Made by a program: the position numbers and the translations under genes. Below are positions 59,542 through 64,000 of a stretch of DNA of 64,000 bases, one piece after another. Each line of letters starts with the position of its first letter. The stretch's first letter is position 1. The notes under the pieces are model-generated. The model did no database searches, was not told where the DNA came from, and was given only the letters and a program-made list of their open reading frames with translations. Source of the DNA: Minisyncoccia bacterium (GTDB taxonomy: Bacteria; Patescibacteriota; Minisyncoccia; SW-4-49-11); the NCBI GenBank assembly GCA_044356725.1, contig JBIKVS010000005.1, positions 1-64,000 of the forward strand. Reading direction: 5' to 3'.

Positions 59542-60681
59542 TTATTTTTTCGTAAAGTTTAAAATTATAGTTTTAGGAATATCGTATATTTTAGCTAGAA
59601 TAAAGGCTAAAATAATGCTAATGAGAGAAGTAAGAATAAAATTATGGATAAGTTTAATTGAAAGTGATAAATTTAATTCTATAATATTGTTGAATAAAAC
59701 TTGTTGAATTGGAAAATGTATCAAAAATATCCATAAGCTAATCTTACTTATTGGAGCAGAGATATTAGTTATAGTTTGAGAGCCAAATTTATGGGATTGT
59801 AGATATTGGAATAGCATAAAAATAAATCCAAATCCTAGAATTGGTTGAAAATTATAAAAATATAATAATTTAAATGTATTTGTCGATAGATTATTATAAA
59901 GCATAGATATTATAAATATAGCATTTAGTATGGTATATATTAAAATCAGCTCTTTCCATATATTAGATATTTTTTCACTTAAAATATCTTGTCGCAACAT
60001 ACCATACACAAAAAATATTAGATATTGTGTAGCTAAAGGAAAATTATAAAAATACCAAGTTGCTGGTGTCAAGAATGAAGTTATAGATACAACAAGCGAT
60101 ATGACTAGTAAGTATTTTGGTTTAATTCTACGGATATAGTCTAGCAGAGGATATAAAAGATAAAGTTGAAATAAAATTGGTACGAAATAAAATGGAAGTG
60201 CCATACCGCCTGTGAGAATTAGTTCCCACAATGGATCAGAACTATTATATCCTATTTGCCACAAAACTATATTTATTAATATAAAAGGAATTCCAATTCT
60301 TATAAACTTATCCCCGTAAAACTTAAAAATATATTTTTTCTCCCAAAAAAATGGCTTCAATAATAAACCTGAAGTAAATAAAAAAACAGGAATTGCAAAA
60401 CGAGATATATTATTTATAAAATTTAAAGTTATAATCTCAAAAGTGTCATTGTATTGATAAAGTAATAAATAACTAGTATGAATAAGAATTACAGCAAGAA
60501 TTGCTATTCCCCTAATAGAATCTACGCTTTTAAGTCTTTTTTTATTAGTAGGATTATGATTAGTATTTATATTCCAAAAAATCTTAGAGTATCTAGGAAT
60601 AACTAATAAAATTATAAGACTAAAGATAACAAATAAATTTTCAAATATAAACTGACTGCTGTAAGATGTTAATTCCATCAA
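59542..60681 (-). CDS. Acyltransferase family 3 (OafA-like) membrane protein
   Basis: SVDSIRGIAILAVILIH, RFAIPVF, YFVPILFQLYLLYP, IFLIH. Confidence 0.88.
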   Translation of the reverse strand: MMELTSYSSQFIFENLFVIFSLIILLVIPRYSKIFWNINTNHNPTNKKRLKSVDSIRGIAILAVILIHTSYLLLYQYNDTFEIITLNFINNISRFAIPVFLFTSGLLLKPFFWEKKYIFKFYGDKFIRIGIPFILINIVLWQIGYNSSDPLWELILTGGMALPFYFVPILFQLYLLYPLLDYIRRIKPKYLLVISLVVSITSFLTPATWYFYNFPLATQYLIFFVYGMLRQDILSEKISNIWKELILIYTILNAIFIISMLYNNLSTNTFKLLYFYNFQPILGFGFIFMLFQYLQSHKFGSQTITNISAPISKISLWIFLIHFPIQQVLFNNIIELNLSLSIKLIHNFILTSLISIILAFILAKIYDIPKTIILNFTKK

Positions 60682-61118
60682 TTAATTTTCTTATATAGCT
60701 CTGGGGTGTAGGATTCAAGGGGAAATAGGTATTTTCTAGTTCCTGCTTTGATAATTAAATCATTAACTATATCCACATTTTCATTATGTAAATTGATTAG
60801 CTCATCATATTCTTCTATAGAAATATTCAAACTATTTACCTTATCGTTATAGTCCTTCAACGATTCATTATATTGAGCAAACTTCTTATCGGTAATCAAT
60901 TTATCCAGCTTAGTTTTTTCTTCATCAATGATAGTTCTTTTTCTTTTTATATCTTGTTCCTTTTCTTCTATATTGACTCTTGCAATATTAATAGTATTAC
61001 CAAGGCTTCTTATTGTTTGTGTATCTTCATAATTGATATACTCCTGATACCCCCAAAAGACTACATTGGCTATGAAGTATAGACTTAAAAATATAAATAA
61101 GTATTTTAGTATTATCAT
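60678..61118 (-). CDS. Membrane-anchored coiled-coil hypothetical protein
   Basis: N-terminal TM helix plus heptad-rich region; overlaps the next gene (ATGA). Confidence 0.7.
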   Translation of the reverse strand: MIILKYLFIFLSLYFIANVVFWGYQEYINYEDTQTIRSLGNTINIARVNIEEKEQDIKRKRTIIDEEKTKLDKLITDKKFAQYNESLKDYNDKVNSLNISIEEYDELINLHNENVDIVNDLIIKAGTRKYLFPLESYTPELYKKIN

Positions 61119-61275
61119 ATAATAATATTATATATGATTTTATAATTTTATGGAAGAGTTAAAATTATGACTAATAAATTTTTATTAAAAATTATAATAT
61201 TTAAGCCTATTTACAGAGTTTTTAAGGTGTGATATATTGGGATATAATTATTTTCCTAATTTAACTAATACCTCT

Positions 61276-62160
61276 ATGAATTCTATAGAAATAAATGTTA
61301 ATTCTGAATACGGAAAGCTTAAATCTGTAATTGTTAATGATGCATCAACAATTGTATCTTTTGGTAAAAAATTAAGTTTGATAGAAAATAAGTACGAAGC
61401 TTTTTATTCTGAGAAAGAATCAAAGTATCATCCTGAAGATGGGTTGTGGGATATTAATAAATTAAAGAAACAGGTTCGTAATTTTCAAAAAATACTTCAA
61501 TGTAAAGGTGTTCAATTGATTTATTCAGCTAATATCAAAGATGCATATCTTCAATTGTTTACACGTGACATAGGATTTTCAGTAGGAGATACTTTCTATA
61601 TTGGTAAAATGCGTCACAAAATTAGATCCTTGGAACAAAAAGGTATTGATACAATAAAATCGTCTTTCTCAAAAGTTATTGAATTGAATATACCATATAT
61701 TGAAGGAGGAGACATATTTGTTCATCACGATAAAGTATTTATTGGGTTAAGCCGCCAAACAACTTATGATGCATTCGAAGAACTAAGGCCATATTTAGAA
61801 CAACAGGGATTTAAGTGTTATTCAATTGTATGTGACGAGAGTGTTTTACATTTAGATTGTAGATTTAATATTATAAATAAAGACACGGCTTTTCTTTCTG
61901 AAGCTGGGATATCAAAAGAAGGAGTAAATATTATCAAAGAACATTTCAAGACAATACAAATAACTGATGATGAGATAATTTCTCTTGCATCTAACTACTT
62001 TATAATAAATTCTAAAGAGGCAGTTGTTGACACAAGGAACAAAAGAATTGCCAAAATTTTAAAAAAATATGGATATAATGTTACAGAAATTGAATGCACA
62101 GAGCTAACCAAATTATGGGGTTCACTTAGATGTGCAACTTGTCCATTATATAGAGAATAG
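61276..62160 (+). CDS. Amidinotransferase / arginine deiminase-DDAH family protein
   Basis: NSEYGKLK, FTRD, EGGD, HLD, GSLRCAT (catalytic Cys); start placed at ATG 61276. Confidence 0.88.
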   Translation: MNSIEINVNSEYGKLKSVIVNDASTIVSFGKKLSLIENKYEAFYSEKESKYHPEDGLWDINKLKKQVRNFQKILQCKGVQLIYSANIKDAYLQLFTRDIGFSVGDTFYIGKMRHKIRSLEQKGIDTIKSSFSKVIELNIPYIEGGDIFVHHDKVFIGLSRQTTYDAFEELRPYLEQQGFKCYSIVCDESVLHLDCRFNIINKDTAFLSEAGISKEGVNIIKEHFKTIQITDDEIISLASNYFIINSKEAVVDTRNKRIAKILKKYGYNVTEIECTELTKLWGSLRCATCPLYRE

Positions 62161-62223
62161 TTTTAGTGATAATATTGGATCTAATATGAATGTTAGCTCA
62201 ATGTATTTTTAAATAATAATTTT

Positions 62224-63048
62224 ATGAAGGTAAAAATAGCAGTAGTACAGTTTGAAATTAATCAGTATAAACCAGATTATAATCTAATGAGAGCTGAGAA
62301 ATTTATAGCCCAAGCTGCTGATTCAAAAGCGGATATTATTGTATTCCCTGAGGATTTTATTACAGGTCCGATTCAGTTAAGATTAGAAGAATTTGCAGAT
62401 AATTCTCAAAAATATTGTAAACATTTTCAAAAGCTAGCTAAACAATATAAGATTAATATTGTTCCAGGTAGTATTATTGAAAAAGCAAGTTTGGGATACT
62501 ATAATACAACTTATTACATAGATTCAAAAGGTGAAGTTAAGGGGAAATATAAAAAAATCAATTTATGGCATCCAGAAAAACGATATCTTAATAGAGGTAA
62601 TGAAATCAGCGTCTTTAATACAAAATTTGGTAAAATTGGGTTAATAATCTGTTGGGATCTTATGTTTCCTGAGATATTTAGACAAATGTTACGAAAGGGA
62701 GTCAATATTGTAATTTGTCCTAGTTATTGGACTTTTGAAGATGCTTCAATTGGTTTAAAATATGATAAAAATTCAGATGTAAATTTAGTAGACTCACTTT
62801 GTCCAGCAAGAGCTTTTGAAAATGAAATTATCTTGGTATATGCTAATGCATCAGGTAAACTTGAATTACCCAACTTCCAAGGAAAATTACTTGGACATTC
62901 TCAGATTACAACTCCATTCTTAGGTACATTAAAAAAATTAGATCATCAGAAAGAAGAAATGTTTATCCAAGAAGTAGACACCGACATACTAAAAGATGCC
63001 GAAAGGGCTTATAAAATAAGATATGATATTAAAAATAGGATACTATAA
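62224..63048 (+). CDS. Carbon-nitrogen hydrolase (nitrilase superfamily)
   Basis: E-K-C triad: VFPE, YKKINL, ICWD; ARAFEN. Confidence 0.92.
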   Translation: MKVKIAVVQFEINQYKPDYNLMRAEKFIAQAADSKADIIVFPEDFITGPIQLRLEEFADNSQKYCKHFQKLAKQYKINIVPGSIIEKASLGYYNTTYYIDSKGEVKGKYKKINLWHPEKRYLNRGNEISVFNTKFGKIGLIICWDLMFPEIFRQMLRKGVNIVICPSYWTFEDASIGLKYDKNSDVNLVDSLCPARAFENEIILVYANASGKLELPNFQGKLLGHSQITTPFLGTLKKLDHQKEEMFIQEVDTDILKDAERAYKIRYDIKNRIL

Positions 63049-63115
63049 TGTTGTATTGATTAAAGTACAAATATCTTGTATTATAATATTTGTTGTTACT
63101 CTTTAATCTAATCTA

Positions 63116-63595
63116 ATGATTAGAAGTGATTTTATGTCGTTAGTTCTAAGCTTTATTGGTTTAAAATCATCAAGTTACAACAGAGCTAATATAGGGTCTA
63201 TTGAATCAGGATTTGACTGTTCAGGGTTTGTAAACTATGTTTTGATAAAATCAGAATATAAATATTCTATACCTAGACATGCTAATGAGATGTTTGATAG
63301 ATTTGGTATAACAATCCATTATGAGTCTATTTTACCAGGAGATTTAATATTTTTTAGCAATAAAGGAGGCACATATGCAGATCATGTTGGAATATATTGT
63401 GGTAATAATAAATATATCCATTCGCCGGGTAGAAATAATTGTAAAATATGTATTAAAAATTTAGAATTCAAAGAAATAAAACCTAGAATAAATTCTAATT
63501 ATGAACAAATATATTTTATAAATCCGATAGGTTTTAAAAGGATAACAATACCAGATGAGAAAGGAAGATATAATATAAACTTTTTAACATCTTAG
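63116..63595 (+). CDS. NlpC/P60 (C40) peptidase
   Basis: GFDCSGFV, PGDLIFF, DHVGIY, IHS. Confidence 0.88.
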   Translation: MIRSDFMSLVLSFIGLKSSSYNRANIGSIESGFDCSGFVNYVLIKSEYKYSIPRHANEMFDRFGITIHYESILPGDLIFFSNKGGTYADHVGIYCGNNKYIHSPGRNNCKICIKNLEFKEIKPRINSNYEQIYFINPIGFKRITIPDEKGRYNINFLTS

Positions 63596-63597
63596 AT

Positions 63598-63620
63598 ATG
63601 CTATAGTAGAACTATAGCAT
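63598..63620. terminator. Hairpin between convergent genes
   Basis: atgctatagt-aga-actatagcat. Confidence 0.55.
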
Positions 63621-63622
63621 TT

Positions 63623-64000
63623 TTACTTCTTATACAAAACCATACGATTTAAGTACATAAAAGGGATATCTACAATACCTACTAGCCATTTGATAGCCAT
63701 AGTCCCTACGATAATAGGCAAAAGTGGTTGTACGCCAGCAAAAGCAATAATAACAAAAATAACAGTGTCCAAAGCCATAGCTGGGATAGAGCTAAACACA
63801 TTTCTCATCCAGAGATATTTTCCTTTGGTTAATTTTTTGAACCAATCAAAAATATAAGCATCTATATTCCCACTGATTAACAAAGCCACCCAACTAGCAA
63901 TCATAATTCTTGGAGTATAGCCGATGATTTGAGCAAAGTTTTCCTGCTCTGTCCAAAAAGGAGTTGGCTGTAAGGAAATTGCCAACCAGATGAAAAAAGC
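63623..64000 (-). CDS. Queuosine precursor transporter (VUT/YhhQ family), 5' end outside the window
   Basis: PRIMIASWVA.L.S..ID..IF..K, LWMRN..S, DTVIF..IAF, K..V...D.PF.Y. Confidence 0.85.
   Translation of the reverse strand, partial: AFFIWLAISLQPTPFWTEQENFAQIIGYTPRIMIASWVALLISGNIDAYIFDWFKKLTKGKYLWMRNVFSSIPAMALDTVIFVIIAFAGVQPLLPIIVGTMAIKWLVGIVDIPFMYLNRMVLYKK

Overview
AT-rich (about one-third G+C by eye) bacterial chromosome segment read in genetic code 11. The compact TruB and RpoB, many small membrane-anchored orphans and mostly Shine-Dalgarno-free starts suggest a Patescibacteria/CPR genome (inference). 1-21 kb: housekeeping genes (truB, HU, rny, rpoC, rpoB, tRNA-Arg(TCG), tRNA-Glu(TTC), DEAD-box helicase) mixed with orphan genes, a one-gene islet at the tRNA-Arg 3' end, RhuM, a kinase-like protein, a photolyase-like protein and DUF2130. 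21.5-49 kb: a defence island with AIPR (preceded by a candidate ~180-nt structured RNA), an Eco57I-like adenine MTase, an AlbA_2/ATPase/wHTH protein, a PLD-SNF2 helicase, a multi-HTH protein, GmrSD, and an SNF2-DUF4391-Mod-Res type III module split by a 41-aa-repeat protein. 49-55.5 kb: single genes separated by nested REP-like palindromic elements, including an unannotated micro-protein family. 55.5-64 kb: Erm-like methyltransferase plus ABC-F, cytochrome-b5-like paralogs, an acyltransferase, an amidinotransferase plus nitrilase, NlpC/P60 and a truncated VUT transporter. Best novelty candidates: the repeat-delimited cassette array with its micro-proteins, the nested REP family (one copy in frame inside mod), a CTATCGACAA palindrome cluster upstream of both defence operons, and the AIPR leader RNA. 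All protein calls are from motif recognition by eye; no searches were run.
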